From Candidatus Dormiibacterota bacterium (GTDB lineage Bacteria > Chloroflexota > Dormibacteria > Aeolococcales > Bog-877): a DNA stretch of 64,000 bases. A program made the position numbers and the translations under genes. A model generated the notes under the pieces. That model worked only from the letters and a program-made list of their open reading frames with translations. It had not been told where the DNA came from and did no database searches. The first letter of the stretch is position 1; each line of letters begins with the position of its first letter. Positions 1 to 9,425 of this stretch are shown here, piece after piece. The DNA lies in assembly GCA_049591595.1 (NCBI GenBank), contig JBAWFE010000027.1, positions 149,812 to 213,811 of the forward strand, given 5' to 3'.

Positions 1-1045
1 GAGATGGGGGGGTGCCGCTCTGCAGGATCGTGGTCAACCCGACGAGTACCGCCATGGCTCCCACCCCGGCAACTGCCATGCACGCTATCCCCACAATCAG
101 ATTGGGCGAGTTCGCCAGACCTGCTATGGCCAGTGCGATCACGAGACATCCTCCCGCCACCATGCGACCGGGACGGACGTGAAGGCTGCCCGCAGCGAGA
201 CCGCCGAGGATGCCACCCAATGCCTGGCCGGTCAGCATCAGTCCCAAGTCAGTAGCTGACCCGCCCAGATGGTGGCGCACCAGGGGCACCAGCATGACGT
301 TCAGCAGACCTTGACCAACGAATACGAATGCCACGACCGAAAAAATCACGCGCAACGGTCGACCCCCAGCAACCGTGGCCATACCCGACCACATCTCTCG
401 GATGACGCGGCGAACCGCGGTGCCCTCGAAGTCCGCCAGTAGTCCCGGCTGGTCCTCGTTTTCGGCACTCTTGCCGATCGGCCAGCTGGCGGCAGCAGCG
501 AATCCGAAGGTCGCGGCGTCCACGACCACGACTGCGAGCAGCCCGCCCGCGCCGAATAGAAGTCCGCCAATCGGCGGACCGAGAAGCCGGGCCAGATCGA
601 TGCCGAGAGCCTCAATGGCATTGGCAGAAACCAGAATCTCCGGCTCGACGATTTTGTGCACCAGCACCCCGGCGGCGGGCGCCGTGAAGACCGTGCCCAG
701 AGACTCCAGCAGCGCCACCAGATAGACGATCCAGATCTCACCGCTTCCGTGGACGGCGAGCAGGCTGAGCAGCATGAGGGCCTGGGCCGCATTGCAGAAA
801 ATCAGGACTTGACGGGTATTCCAGCGGTCGATCAGGGTCCCGGCCAGCGGTGCCAGCACCACCTGGGGCACGGTTTGGACCACGAACACCGCTCCCGTCG
901 AGACGACGGAGCCGGTGAGCGTGTAGACATAGAACGGAAGGGCGACGAACAGGGCAAAGTCGCCCAATTGGGATACCACACTGCCGGTCCAGTACCGGCG
1001 AAACTGCACGGTCCGCAAGGGCACCAAGAGTTGGGGGGACCGCAT
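1..1045 (-). CDS. MFS transporter, C-terminally truncated by the window edge
   Basis: The ORF track misses this gene. Reverse-strand translation from ATG at 1045 gives MRSPQLLVPLRTVQFRRYWTGSVVSQLGDFALFVALPFYVYTLTGS..., with many hydrophobic helices and typical MFS N-terminus motifs. The frame continues to position 1. Confidence 0.7.
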   Translation of the reverse strand, partial: MRSPQLLVPLRTVQFRRYWTGSVVSQLGDFALFVALPFYVYTLTGSVVSTGAVFVVQTVPQVVLAPLAGTLIDRWNTRQVLIFCNAAQALMLLSLLAVHGSGEIWIVYLVALLESLGTVFTAPAAGVLVHKIVEPEILVSANAIEALGIDLARLLGPPIGGLLFGAGGLLAVVVVDAATFGFAAAASWPIGKSAENEDQPGLLADFEGTAVRRVIREMWSGMATVAGGRPLRVIFSVVAFVFVGQGLLNVMLVPLVRHHLGGSATDLGLMLTGQALGGILGGLAAGSLHVRPGRMVAGGCLVIALAIAGLANSPNLIVGIACMAVAGVGAMAVLVGLTTILQSGTPPS

Positions 1046-1171
1046 CGGGCTAAGACGCCATCAGCGCGGACGCTCTTCGCCGGATCCGGTGGTGCCCAGC
1101 CACATTCGACAGTGCAGAAGAACTCGGATGTGAACCTGCACAATCGCCAAAAAACGATCGGTCACAGGCCT

Positions 1172-1825
1172 TCAGCCACCTCGCTGGGCGCGCTGACCGC
1201 CTCGGCTCGTCCCACGGCGCTGCTGCGGCTCGCTGAGGGGGTAGCTCAGGAGAAGCACCTCGACTGACCGGGAGCCGGCCGGCCGCAAAGTCCGGTCTGC
1301 TATCCGGTGGTCGAAACGATGCCAAACCTCCTGCTGGTCCTCGACCCACTTGGTGAGCTCAGTTGGAGTTACGAAGAGAACCGATTGTTGAATCGGCAAG
1401 GCCCGCCGCCATTTCACCGGGTAAGCACGGCGAGCGTGGAGCGACGCCTGAAACCGCGAAAGAGAGTGGTCGATGAAACGGTTGAGCAGTTCGTCCGTCG
1501 CCACCTCGAACCCGGGTTCTCCCTCGTCGTCCACGATGGCGAGAGAAACGTGGGACGCTCTCCACGGCCGTTCGCGGCCGCGACCGCCGGGCGCCGGTTC
1601 CACGAACCCGTACTTCGATAGCTGGCGGAGGTGAAACGAACAGCTCGAGGGGCTCTCCCCGACGATTGCTGCCGCGGCGGTGGCGGTCAGCGGTCCCTCC
1701 AGGGTGAGTTGTTGGAGTAGAGCGAGCCGGATCGGGTGGGCGAGCGCCCGGATCGAACGAGGATCGCTGAGTTGTCGGGCTGGCAACTCCTTCGACCGAG
1801 CGGGTCGGGGTTGGGGCTGTGGCAC
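1172..1825 (-). CDS. ArsR-type winged-HTH transcriptional regulator
   Basis: HTH segment IRALAHPIRLALLQQL...SPSSCSFHLRQLSKYGFVE. It lies directly upstream of the MFS gene on the same strand. The exact start is uncertain. Confidence 0.5.
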   Translation of the reverse strand: MPQPQPRPARSKELPARQLSDPRSIRALAHPIRLALLQQLTLEGPLTATAAAAIVGESPSSCSFHLRQLSKYGFVEPAPGGRGRERPWRASHVSLAIVDDEGEPGFEVATDELLNRFIDHSLSRFQASLHARRAYPVKWRRALPIQQSVLFVTPTELTKWVEDQQEVWHRFDHRIADRTLRPAGSRSVEVLLLSYPLSEPQQRRGTSRGGQRAQRGG

Positions 1826-2292
1826 TATTGAAAGATATCATTCGAAAGGTAGCGTGCGAAGGCCGAAGGGACTTCGGATGACCCCGACTGCCGAGATCAG
1901 GGCTACAGGGCCATGGGGTTGAGCATGATCCGCAGTGCTGAGCACTCACGCCGCTGCTCCGACAGCGGGCACTCCCACCCGAGTGCGGCGAACAGGCGAC
2001 CGCATCTGCATGTGGCTTGCGGTTTTGGGAGGATATCGTCCCGCACGTCGTGAACTCCTGGTCCACTCGGGTAGTGATGAACACAATCGAGCGGGCTCAC
2101 GTCTGGTGGTGGTCCCACGTGGATCGTTGCTGACTGCCGGCGCCAACGCGCAGCTCCTGTTCCGAGCGTGAGATTTATCGAACCGGTGCTGGCCCGCTCC
2201 AGACGGTGTAACGCGGCGCCGGCGATAAGTCGGTTGTCCAGTTCGGAATTGCCCTGAGTTGACCAATCGGTAGACGGTCGATAATTCCGGTT

Positions 2293-2991
2293 GTGGGCAG
2301 TCAAGTTGGCGAAGCGCCGGTCGCAGCCGCCGCCAAGCTGTTTGCGGACGGCACCCGCGCGGCCTTCTGCCTGGCTCTGCTCGACGGACGTTTCCGAACG
2401 GCAGGTGAACTGGCTCGCGGGGCCGGGGTCACAGCGTCCACGGCGAGCGAGCACCTTTCGCAGCTGGTAGCCGGAGGAGTCCTCGTCGCCGACCAGCAGG
2501 GCCGTCACCGGTACTTCCGACTCTCGGGGCCTGACGTCGCGACAGTCTTGGAAGCGCTGGCTGTGGTGTCGCCTGTCCGTGCTGAGTACCCGTCGCCGTG
2601 GGGCCGCGCCGTGAGCGCCTTACAGGCCGGGCGTACCTGTTACGACCATCTAGCAGGGCGCCTGGGGGTGGAGCTTACCGATGCCTTGATCGCTCTCCAG
2701 GTCATCACCGCCGAATTCACACTGGGTGACCCGGCCCGCCTGACTCCGTTTGGGATAGAGCTGCCGACCGGATCGTCTCGTCCGGTCGTTCGGCCTTGCT
2801 TGGATTGGACGGAAAGACGCCATCACGCGGCCGGGAGCTTGCCGGCGGCGCTCACTCGTCGATTCTTCGAGCTGAGCTGGCTGCATCGAGCAACCCGAGG
2901 TCGGGCCGTGCGCTTGACGGCAGTTGGCCAGCAAGGACTCAGCGAGCTTTTGGGAGTAGAGTTCCCGGTTCCGAGCGACCGCTTTACCTGA
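2293..2991 (+). CDS. ArsR-family HTH transcriptional regulator
   Basis: AAFCLALLDGRFRTAGELARGAGVTASTASEHLSQLVAGGVL is a winged-helix signature. It is divergent from the ArsR-like gene at 1825 and heads a small P450 operon. Confidence 0.6.
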   Translation: MGSQVGEAPVAAAAKLFADGTRAAFCLALLDGRFRTAGELARGAGVTASTASEHLSQLVAGGVLVADQQGRHRYFRLSGPDVATVLEALAVVSPVRAEYPSPWGRAVSALQAGRTCYDHLAGRLGVELTDALIALQVITAEFTLGDPARLTPFGIELPTGSSRPVVRPCLDWTERRHHAAGSLPAALTRRFFELSWLHRATRGRAVRLTAVGQQGLSELLGVEFPVPSDRFT

Positions 2992-3052
2992 AGCGGTTCA
3001 CTGTTCCGATGATTCGGTCCAGGCCGAAATAAACTCCGCTTACCATCACCCG

Positions 3053-4117
3053 GTGACCGGGATTGGCGAGAACGTCAAGGCGTCCCAAGCTCTTGGCCCC
3101 GCACCGTTGACGGCTGACGTCTTCTCGAAGCCAGCTGGCGCGAGTGAGTGGGTCGCGTCGCGCTACCGTGACGTGCAAGCGGTTCTGGCCGATGAGCGAT
3201 TCGAAGTGGGCACGGTTCCCCAGGTGGGCGCGGTGGGCAGCGTCTCATGGTTGCGCGCCTCGGTATCGCGGTTTGTCAACGGCGCCGAGCATCAGCGCCG
3301 CCGACAACGTGTGGAAGGTGAACTACGCCGGCTGGATCCCCAGCTTTTGCGGTCCGATTGCTATCGACGCGCGTGCGCTGCTATTCAGGAGGCGGGACAT
3401 CCGGGCGAACGCATGGACGTCATGGCGCTCCTGGCCCGGCAGATCCCGATGACGGCCGTAGCGGGGATGCTCGGTGTCGCGGATCCGACACGAGCCGCTC
3501 AGGCGGTGATCGCTTTATCAGCCGGATACTTTCCGGGATCCGATCCTGCGACTCAGCCGGCTGCTGACGTGGCGACCGCCCAGCTTGTGAGCATGCTGGA
3601 GCCCGCCGACCGGGAGCTGATCGTGAGCCGTATCGCGCTGATGGTTCAGGGCTGCGATGCGACCGCCGGTTTGATCGGCAACTCCTTGTACGTCCTGCAG
3701 GAAGCCCAGACGGCTAAATTGGCCGCGATCTGGTCCACCGAATCCCTCTTGTGGGAGACGCTGCGCCGCCATTCACCGCTGCGAGCCAGCCGGCGACTGG
3801 CCCGCGAGTCGGTGGAGTTCCAAGGGCGGCAGGTGGCTGCCGGCGCCGCCGTCGTCTGCGCCGTCGACGTCGCCAACCAGGACCCGCTCGCATTTTCCCA
3901 TCCAACCGGATTCGACCCCGACCGCGTGGGACCGGCGAGCCTGACGTTTGGATATGGGGTTCGACCGTGTCCAGGTCAGGCTCAGGCACTGGGGCTGGCC
4001 GCTGGCGTGGTCGACGCGGTCCGGGAGCACTGCTCTTTCGTACCGGGACAGCCCCTGGAATACGAACATTCGCCTGCCTTGCGGATCCCGGCGCGGCTCG
4101 AGGTGGTGTTGTCGTGA
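3053..4117 (+). CDS. cytochrome P450 (compact, 354 aa)
   Basis: Heme-thiolate loop FGYGVRPCPGQAQALG, ExxR motif (WETLRRHSP) and an I-helix-like GCDATAGLIG. GTG start at 3053. Confidence 0.75.
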   Translation: MTGIGENVKASQALGPAPLTADVFSKPAGASEWVASRYRDVQAVLADERFEVGTVPQVGAVGSVSWLRASVSRFVNGAEHQRRRQRVEGELRRLDPQLLRSDCYRRACAAIQEAGHPGERMDVMALLARQIPMTAVAGMLGVADPTRAAQAVIALSAGYFPGSDPATQPAADVATAQLVSMLEPADRELIVSRIALMVQGCDATAGLIGNSLYVLQEAQTAKLAAIWSTESLLWETLRRHSPLRASRRLARESVEFQGRQVAAGAAVVCAVDVANQDPLAFSHPTGFDPDRVGPASLTFGYGVRPCPGQAQALGLAAGVVDAVREHCSFVPGQPLEYEHSPALRIPARLEVVLS

Positions 4118-4914
4118 GCGAGCGCGGCGATGCCTTCGCGGAACTCCACCGACGGGGTGGGCCACTCTTCTTGCCCAATGCGTGGGACTTCGCTTCCGCC
4201 TGGATGCTAGCCCAGGCTGGCTATCCAGCGGTCGGCACCACCAGCCTGGGCGTGGCTGGCGCCGTCGGCAAGCCCGATGCCATGGGCTCGGTCCGAGAAG
4301 AGACGCTGGTGCTGACCCATCGGCTTGCCCGACTTCCCGTGTTGCTGACCGTGGACCTCGAGTCGGGCTTCAGTGATGACCCCGAGGAGGTGGCAGATTT
4401 GGCGGCCGAGATCAGCGCCGCCGGAGCGGTTGGCATCAATCTCGAGGACGGCACGCTGGACCAGACCATGGGGCCTAGCGATCTGCATTGCGCCAAGATT
4501 GCGGCCGTCAAGTCGAGGGTCCCAGAGCTGTTCGTCAACGCCCGCACTGATGCCTTCTGGCTCACCCACAAGGCCTCTCAGCCTGCACTCGATGACTCGC
4601 TGCGCCGGGCCCGAGACTATCTTTCAGCGGGCGCCAGCGGCATCTTCATCCCGGGACTCCAGGAGTACCAGTCGATCGAAACGGTGAGTGCCGAGATCGA
4701 CGCTCCTTTGAACATTCTGTACCAGCCGGGACGCCACACCCTGAGCCGACTGGCCCTTGCGGGCGTCGCCCGAGTCAGCACCGGATCGCTGCTCTTCCGA
4801 GCGGCCCTGCAGGCGCTGCTGCAGACCTCCCATGCGGCCCGCGATTACGCGGTACTGGAAGATCCTGAACGGCCGACCTACCGACAGATTCAGACCGCCC
4901 TGATTGGCCCCTGA
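4114..4914 (+). CDS. isocitrate lyase/PEP mutase superfamily enzyme (carboxyvinyl-carboxyphosphonate phosphorylmutase / methylisocitrate lyase-like)
   Basis: AWDFASAWMLAQAGYPAVGTTSLGVA ... LLTVDLESGF ... INLEDG ... NARTDAF. GTG start overlaps the P450 stop (GTGA). Confidence 0.7.
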   Translation: MSERGDAFAELHRRGGPLFLPNAWDFASAWMLAQAGYPAVGTTSLGVAGAVGKPDAMGSVREETLVLTHRLARLPVLLTVDLESGFSDDPEEVADLAAEISAAGAVGINLEDGTLDQTMGPSDLHCAKIAAVKSRVPELFVNARTDAFWLTHKASQPALDDSLRRARDYLSAGASGIFIPGLQEYQSIETVSAEIDAPLNILYQPGRHTLSRLALAGVARVSTGSLLFRAALQALLQTSHAARDYAVLEDPERPTYRQIQTALIGP

Positions 4915-4917
4915 CCG

Positions 4918-5526
4918 GTGAGCCGTCGCTTCCTGATAGTTCACGGCTTGGCCAACCATCGTCCGCCAGACCACTGGCAGTGGTGGCTCACAGATCAGCT
5001 TCGTCAACTCGGCGAGCAGGTGCGCTACCCGCAATTCCCCGACCCTGAAGCACCTTCCCTCGAGCCCTGGCTGGAGCTGCTAAGCGCGGAGTTCGCGATG
5101 CTGGGCGCTGGAGAGCGAGTCGCGGTCTGTCACAGTCTCGGTTGCGCTCTCTGGTATCAGGCGGCCGCTAGGGGCGTTCTCGACCTACCGGCGGACCGGG
5201 TCCTGCTGGTGGCGCCTCCCGGCCCTGGGATCCTGGCGCTGCCGGTAACCGCCGAGTTCCACAGTGGACCCTGGAACGCTCAAGCTCTCGCATCCTCGTC
5301 CCGGACCCCCATCCGGCTGGTCGCGTCTGATCTGGACACATACTGCACCGAAGGCCCGGCAAGTGCGGTCTACGGGCATCCTCTCGATCTCGATGCCGAA
5401 ACCATCGCCGGGGCCGGACACCTTAGCGTGCCCGACGGCTACGGACCGTGGCCACAGGCCCTTCGCTGGTGTCTCGACGGCACGGTCCGCTTCAGCGCTC
5501 CCCATCAGGTGCCGGCCGCCTCATGA
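4918..5526 (+). CDS. alpha/beta-fold serine hydrolase (RBBP9/YdeN-like)
   Basis: IVHGLANHRPPDHW and the nucleophile elbow CHSLGC. It starts 3 nt after the upstream gene. Confidence 0.55.
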   Translation: MSRRFLIVHGLANHRPPDHWQWWLTDQLRQLGEQVRYPQFPDPEAPSLEPWLELLSAEFAMLGAGERVAVCHSLGCALWYQAAARGVLDLPADRVLLVAPPGPGILALPVTAEFHSGPWNAQALASSSRTPIRLVASDLDTYCTEGPASAVYGHPLDLDAETIAGAGHLSVPDGYGPWPQALRWCLDGTVRFSAPHQVPAAS

Positions 5527-5643
5527 ACCGGAGCACCTCGGCGCGCATGACCTGAAGCACGAGAAGCACTCAGTCACTGCCCCGCTGTGCTGCGGGGAAA
5601 CCGACGGTCCGATCGCAGCGTTCCCTGGATCGGTATTTCGGGA

Positions 5644-6501
5644 CTACTCCCCGGTGGAGGCCACCCGTTCGCCAAGGGTGTCCAGCTCGACACGGACCAC
5701 GCCCGGCTTCTCAAGCCACACTATGTGGCCGCAGTCAGGTGCCACCGTGGTCTTGGCGTTCGGCATCAGTGCGGCGCTAGCTATCCCGTGAGCCACGGGG
5801 ATGGGGCTCTCAGCGCCGAGGAGAAAGCTGGTGGGGACCTGAGTGTGCGGGAGTTGCTGGACTAGAGTCTGGCGCTGGAAGTGATCCCGGATCGAGTCGA
5901 AGGTCTGGGAGTAGCAGGCGACTGAGATCTCCATCGGTGGCATCGGAGGCGCCTCAGCCGGGTGGGCGAAGTAGCCTGGCCAAACCAACGAGAGGCCTTC
6001 AACCTGGTCCGCATCGGTGCCCTCACCGCGAAGAGCCCGGTCGTCCAACTCCTTTGACCGAGCCGCCGCCTCGGGCGTAACCCGTTCTCCGAGGATTCGG
6101 CCCAGGTCCGCCTCCCCGCCGTCCGGCACCGCACCCAAGGGATCAATCACCAGAGCACCTGACACGCGCTCTGGGTGGGCTGCCAGGAGGTGCATGAGCA
6201 GATGGCCGCCCCAGGAATGGCCGATGATCAGCGGTCTCTCCAACCCCAGCTCATCCAGCACCGCGACCACGTCAGCCACCTGGGTTTCCACATCGAAGGG
6301 ACCCGCGGTGGAAGAGGGCGCCAGCCCGCGCTGCTGAAAACGCACCGCCGTGTAGCCGTCGACCAGTTCCGGCAGCAGACTCTCGGTGTATTCGGAGAGC
6401 CCGGGGCCGCCGTGCAGGATCACCACAGGTGGTCCGTGTCCGGCCTTCCATCCAGCGAGTCGGTGCTCTCCTGAGCCGACCTCGAAATCGGGGATTGGCA
6501 T
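5644..6501 (-). CDS. alpha/beta hydrolase (proline iminopeptidase/epoxide hydrolase-like)
   Basis: VVILHGGPG ... IIGHSWGGHLLMHL (GxSxG elbow). The likely start is ATG at 6501 (MPIPDFEV); the ORF is open up to 6666. Confidence 0.65.
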   Translation of the reverse strand: MPIPDFEVGSGEHRLAGWKAGHGPPVVILHGGPGLSEYTESLLPELVDGYTAVRFQQRGLAPSSTAGPFDVETQVADVVAVLDELGLERPLIIGHSWGGHLLMHLLAAHPERVSGALVIDPLGAVPDGGEADLGRILGERVTPEAAARSKELDDRALRGEGTDADQVEGLSLVWPGYFAHPAEAPPMPPMEISVACYSQTFDSIRDHFQRQTLVQQLPHTQVPTSFLLGAESPIPVAHGIASAALMPNAKTTVAPDCGHIVWLEKPGVVRVELDTLGERVASTGE

Positions 6502-6689
6502 GTCGACCGGAAGTCTACCGGTAAAGAAGAGCCCACGCGCATCGGTCCGAGCCCGCCTGGGCTCCGTGGCTTTCAGATCATGCCCTCGGCGTTCAGCGGA
6601 AGTACCAACAACAGGTGCCCCTCGAGTGCCCGGTACCCTGTCGGATGCGTCGCCTACCGTCGCCACACAACCGTTAGGAGAGTTGCCTC

Positions 6690-7103
6690 ATGGTCTTCAC
6701 TGACTCCGAGCTGGCGTACCTGCGCTCCCAGCGCCTCGGCCGTCTGGCGACGGTCGGACCGGACGGTGGACTTCAGAACAACCCGGTGGGTTTCCGCGTT
6801 GACGCTGCCACCGGGACAATCGAAATCGGTGGCTGGAACCTAGGTGCCAGCCGCAAGTTCCACAACATCGAAACGAATCCTCAGGTCGCCTTCGTCGTCG
6901 ACGATCTCGAGTCACTGGATCCCTGGAAGGTTCGCGGGGTGCAGGTCCGGGGGATCGCCGAGGCGCTCGCCAACCAGCCAGCCGGTGAAGCCACCCGGAG
7001 CAGCGAACTGATCCGTATCCATCCTCGCCGGGTCCAAAGCTGGGGCCTTGGAAGCGACGGCAAAGAGGGGTCGCGTCGGACCATTACCCAGCCTCGAATT
7101 TGA
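6690..7103 (+). CDS. PPOX-class (pyridoxamine 5'-phosphate oxidase fold) probable F420-dependent enzyme
   Basis: SELAYLRSQRLGRLATVGPDGGLQNNPVGF ... VAFVVDD ... IHPRRVQSWGL is typical of the Rv-type PPOX/F420 split-barrel family. Confidence 0.6.
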   Translation: MVFTDSELAYLRSQRLGRLATVGPDGGLQNNPVGFRVDAATGTIEIGGWNLGASRKFHNIETNPQVAFVVDDLESLDPWKVRGVQVRGIAEALANQPAGEATRSSELIRIHPRRVQSWGLGSDGKEGSRRTITQPRI

Positions 7104-7625
7104 GCGCACCTGAGAACCCGTCGCCGCTAGGTGAAGCCAAATCGGGCGCGCTTGCCAGATGGTCGGTGGGCAACGGTGTGGTGCACCACCGCCACGCGGC
7201 ACGGATTCTGCTCGTGGATGAAGCGGGACAGGTCCTGCTCTTCCGAACCGGCAATCCGGCCCGGCCCCGAAGCTGGCAGCTGGTGGATCACTCCGGGCGG
7301 CGGGGTCCAGGACCGTGAGTCTGCTGAGTCGGGCGCCCGCCGGGAACCGCAAGAAGAGACGGGGCTTGAGGTCGAGGAGATAGGAGAGGTGGTCCTGCGT
7401 CGCCACTTCGATCACCAGTTCGCGGGCATGCAGTTCTCTCAGGGCGAGGAGTACTTCCTGGTCCGCTGTGCGTCCTTCACACTCAACCCAGCCGAGTGGA
7501 CGGAGGAGGATCGCCGGCTTCTCGAGGAGCATCGGTGGTGGAGCCGATCAGAGCTTTATCAGACTCGAGACACCGTGTACCCGGAGGGGCTGGCCACGGT
7601 CCCTGATCGACTGGACGGGCAGTGA
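7100..7625 (+). pseudogene. NUDIX hydrolase interrupted by a +1 frameshift in a C4 homopolymer (7265-7268)
   Basis: Frame A (7100-7318) encodes ARILLVDEAGQVLLFRTGNPARP. Frame B (to 7625) encodes GSWWITPGGGVQDRESAESGARREPQEETGL, a full Nudix box GX5EX7REUXEEXGU. Removing one C restores NPARPEAGSWWITPGGG. Confidence 0.6.
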
Positions 7626-7714
7626 TTCCGGGTACTTCGGATGATCTCAATACCTAGTCCGCCGATCAGGGAGCTGAGCTAAAGGAGACGGTAGCCCCGT
7701 CAGCGACCTCCCCC

Positions 7715-8710
7715 TCAGGCCGGACGCGGCAACCTTGTAAAAGAGGAGAGGAGGCGCCGAGCCCAGCGCTGCATCCGCTCACCGCTAGGCGCGGCCGATC
7801 CGCTTGACAAGAGCACCAGACCGAGCAGAGCGAGGGGGGTCACCGCCTGCATTCCCGCGACCGCCCCTCCGACCATGGCCACTCCAGGCTCGACGGCCAT
7901 GATCAGCGCGGCCACCGAGCTTGAAACATGCTGCTGGGCCGCTGCCTGGACCGCGAAGGCGAATGCGGACGCGGCTAGGCCGCAGAACACGATGTCCGCC
8001 AAGACGGGAACTGACGGCACCGCCAGTCCGCCACTGAAGGGCACCGCCAGGCCGAGGACGGCGGCCAGCGCCAGGAGCTGCCAGGCGCCTAGGGCGACTG
8101 CAGGGACCCGGTGGCCCAGCCTGCCGACCAGCACCACCTGCACCGAGAAGGCGGCGGCGGCGAACACCTCCAGGCCCATCCCCAAGTCGGCATGCGGATG
8201 GACGGCGCCACCCTGGACGGGAACGGTCAGGCACACCAGCAAGGTGCCCCCGATCGCCAGTAACGCTCCCGCAGCCACGCGGCCCTCCGGAGCCTGGCCG
8301 CGCAGGGCCCACTCAAGTAGCGGAGTGATCACGACAACGAGGCTGGTGAGGGCCGCCGCGACACCGGGCCCAGCGCCCATCTCCAGTCCCAGCGTCTGGG
8401 CCAGGTAGGCGGTGGCCAGCACTGCGCCAAGCAGTAACAGCATGCCCTTGGGGGCTTGGCGCCAGTGACTTCGAGCAGCCGGGGAAAGTAGCCCGACCGC
8501 GACGAGGACGCTGCCCCCGACGGCGAAGCGCAAGAACAAAAATCCGACGAGTGGGTAGTCGGTGACCGCGCCGCGGGTGACCACGAAGCTGGTGCCCCAG
8601 GCGACCGCGGCCAGCACCAGGCCAAAGACGGCCAGATGGCGCGGGGTAGCCAGTGTGCCACCAATTATTCGCCAGTTATCCGTCCGATGCCGTAGGAACT
8701 TCTGTACCAT
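7715..8710 (-). CDS. EamA/DMT-family transporter (10 TM)
   Basis: Two EamA-like hydrophobic halves, with AWGTSFVV near the N-terminus. ATG at 8710; the ORF is open to 8746. Confidence 0.7.
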   Translation of the reverse strand: MVQKFLRHRTDNWRIIGGTLATPRHLAVFGLVLAAVAWGTSFVVTRGAVTDYPLVGFLFLRFAVGGSVLVAVGLLSPAARSHWRQAPKGMLLLLGAVLATAYLAQTLGLEMGAGPGVAAALTSLVVVITPLLEWALRGQAPEGRVAAGALLAIGGTLLVCLTVPVQGGAVHPHADLGMGLEVFAAAAFSVQVVLVGRLGHRVPAVALGAWQLLALAAVLGLAVPFSGGLAVPSVPVLADIVFCGLAASAFAFAVQAAAQQHVSSSVAALIMAVEPGVAMVGGAVAGMQAVTPLALLGLVLLSSGSAAPSGERMQRWARRLLSSFTRLPRPA

Positions 8711-8740
8711 GGAATTGATCATCGATCTCAGGAGCGCAGA

Positions 8741-9271
8741 TTGCAAACGAGCCGAAAGAAATTCGAAGAAAGCGCGTCGGACCCATATCTGGACGAATCC
8801 GATTCGGCGATCCTGCGATCCCTTCAGGCCGACGCTCGCACCACCCTGGCTCGAGTCGGTCGAGCCGTGGGGCTATCTCCCTCTTCCGTCCATGAGCGCC
8901 TTCGTCGCCTCCAGCGTGATGGCGTGATCCGTGGCTGGACTCTGGAACTGGACCCTCGGGCAGTCGGTCGGCCTGTGACCGCCTTCGTAGGGGTGGAGGC
9001 GGACGTGACCGGGGGAACCCTGGCCGCTCGATTGCGGGCCCGGCCGGAGGTCGACGAATTCCATAGCGTCGCTGGAGATCTTTCCTTCTTCCTGAAGGTC
9101 CGGACCGCCGACACCGAGGCGCTATTGCGGTTGGTCGACTGGATCAAGGAGCTGCCTGGAGTGCAGGCCACCCGAACCACGATCGTTCTCAAGATTGAGT
9201 TCGAACGCCACCTCTGGCTGGGTCCCGCGCCTGTCGTTGAGTCGCCCGGTGAGGATGTTTCGGATCTCTAG
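8741..9271 (+). CDS. Lrp/AsnC-family transcriptional regulator
   Basis: LDESDSAILRSLQADARTTLARVGRAVGLSPSSVHERLRRLQRDGVI (HTH_AsnC) plus a C-terminal RAM domain. TTG start. Divergent from the EamA exporter with only ~30 bp between the starts. Confidence 0.75.
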   Translation: MQTSRKKFEESASDPYLDESDSAILRSLQADARTTLARVGRAVGLSPSSVHERLRRLQRDGVIRGWTLELDPRAVGRPVTAFVGVEADVTGGTLAARLRARPEVDEFHSVAGDLSFFLKVRTADTEALLRLVDWIKELPGVQATRTTIVLKIEFERHLWLGPAPVVESPGEDVSDL

Positions 9272-9378
9272 CGGCGGCCCGCGGGAGAGTTGGGTCCTGT
9301 CTGGCGACGGGCCAGCCAGAAGACGACCGCCCTCCTCCAAACCCGTCGACTCGCTGACCAACGAGGCCCAGACTGACC

Positions 9379-9406
9379 TTGACAATTGAGCCTCCCGGTA
9401 TAACTT
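9379..9406 (+). promoter_or_regulatory. candidate sigma-A-type promoter (TTGACA-16 nt-TAACTT) upstream of the GNAT gene
   Basis: TTGACA at 9379-9384 and TAACTT at 9401-9406, seen directly in the sequence. Confidence 0.35.
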
Positions 9407-9425
9407 GGAGATGAGTCGTACCCCG

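Noticed and set aside
1903-2508. 201-aa minus-strand ORF spanning the ArsR/ArsR divergent intergenic region
   Set aside because: It overlaps the start of the + strand regulator and has no recognisable domain. The composition (Arg/Gly-rich) is typical of spurious ORFs in high-GC DNA.
5580-5597. Hairpin CCCCGC-tgtgct-GCGGGG between convergent hydrolase genes (possible bidirectional terminator)
   Set aside because: No U-tract on either strand, so it cannot be called an intrinsic terminator. High-GC actinobacterial terminators often lack U-tracts, so it remains possible but unsupported.
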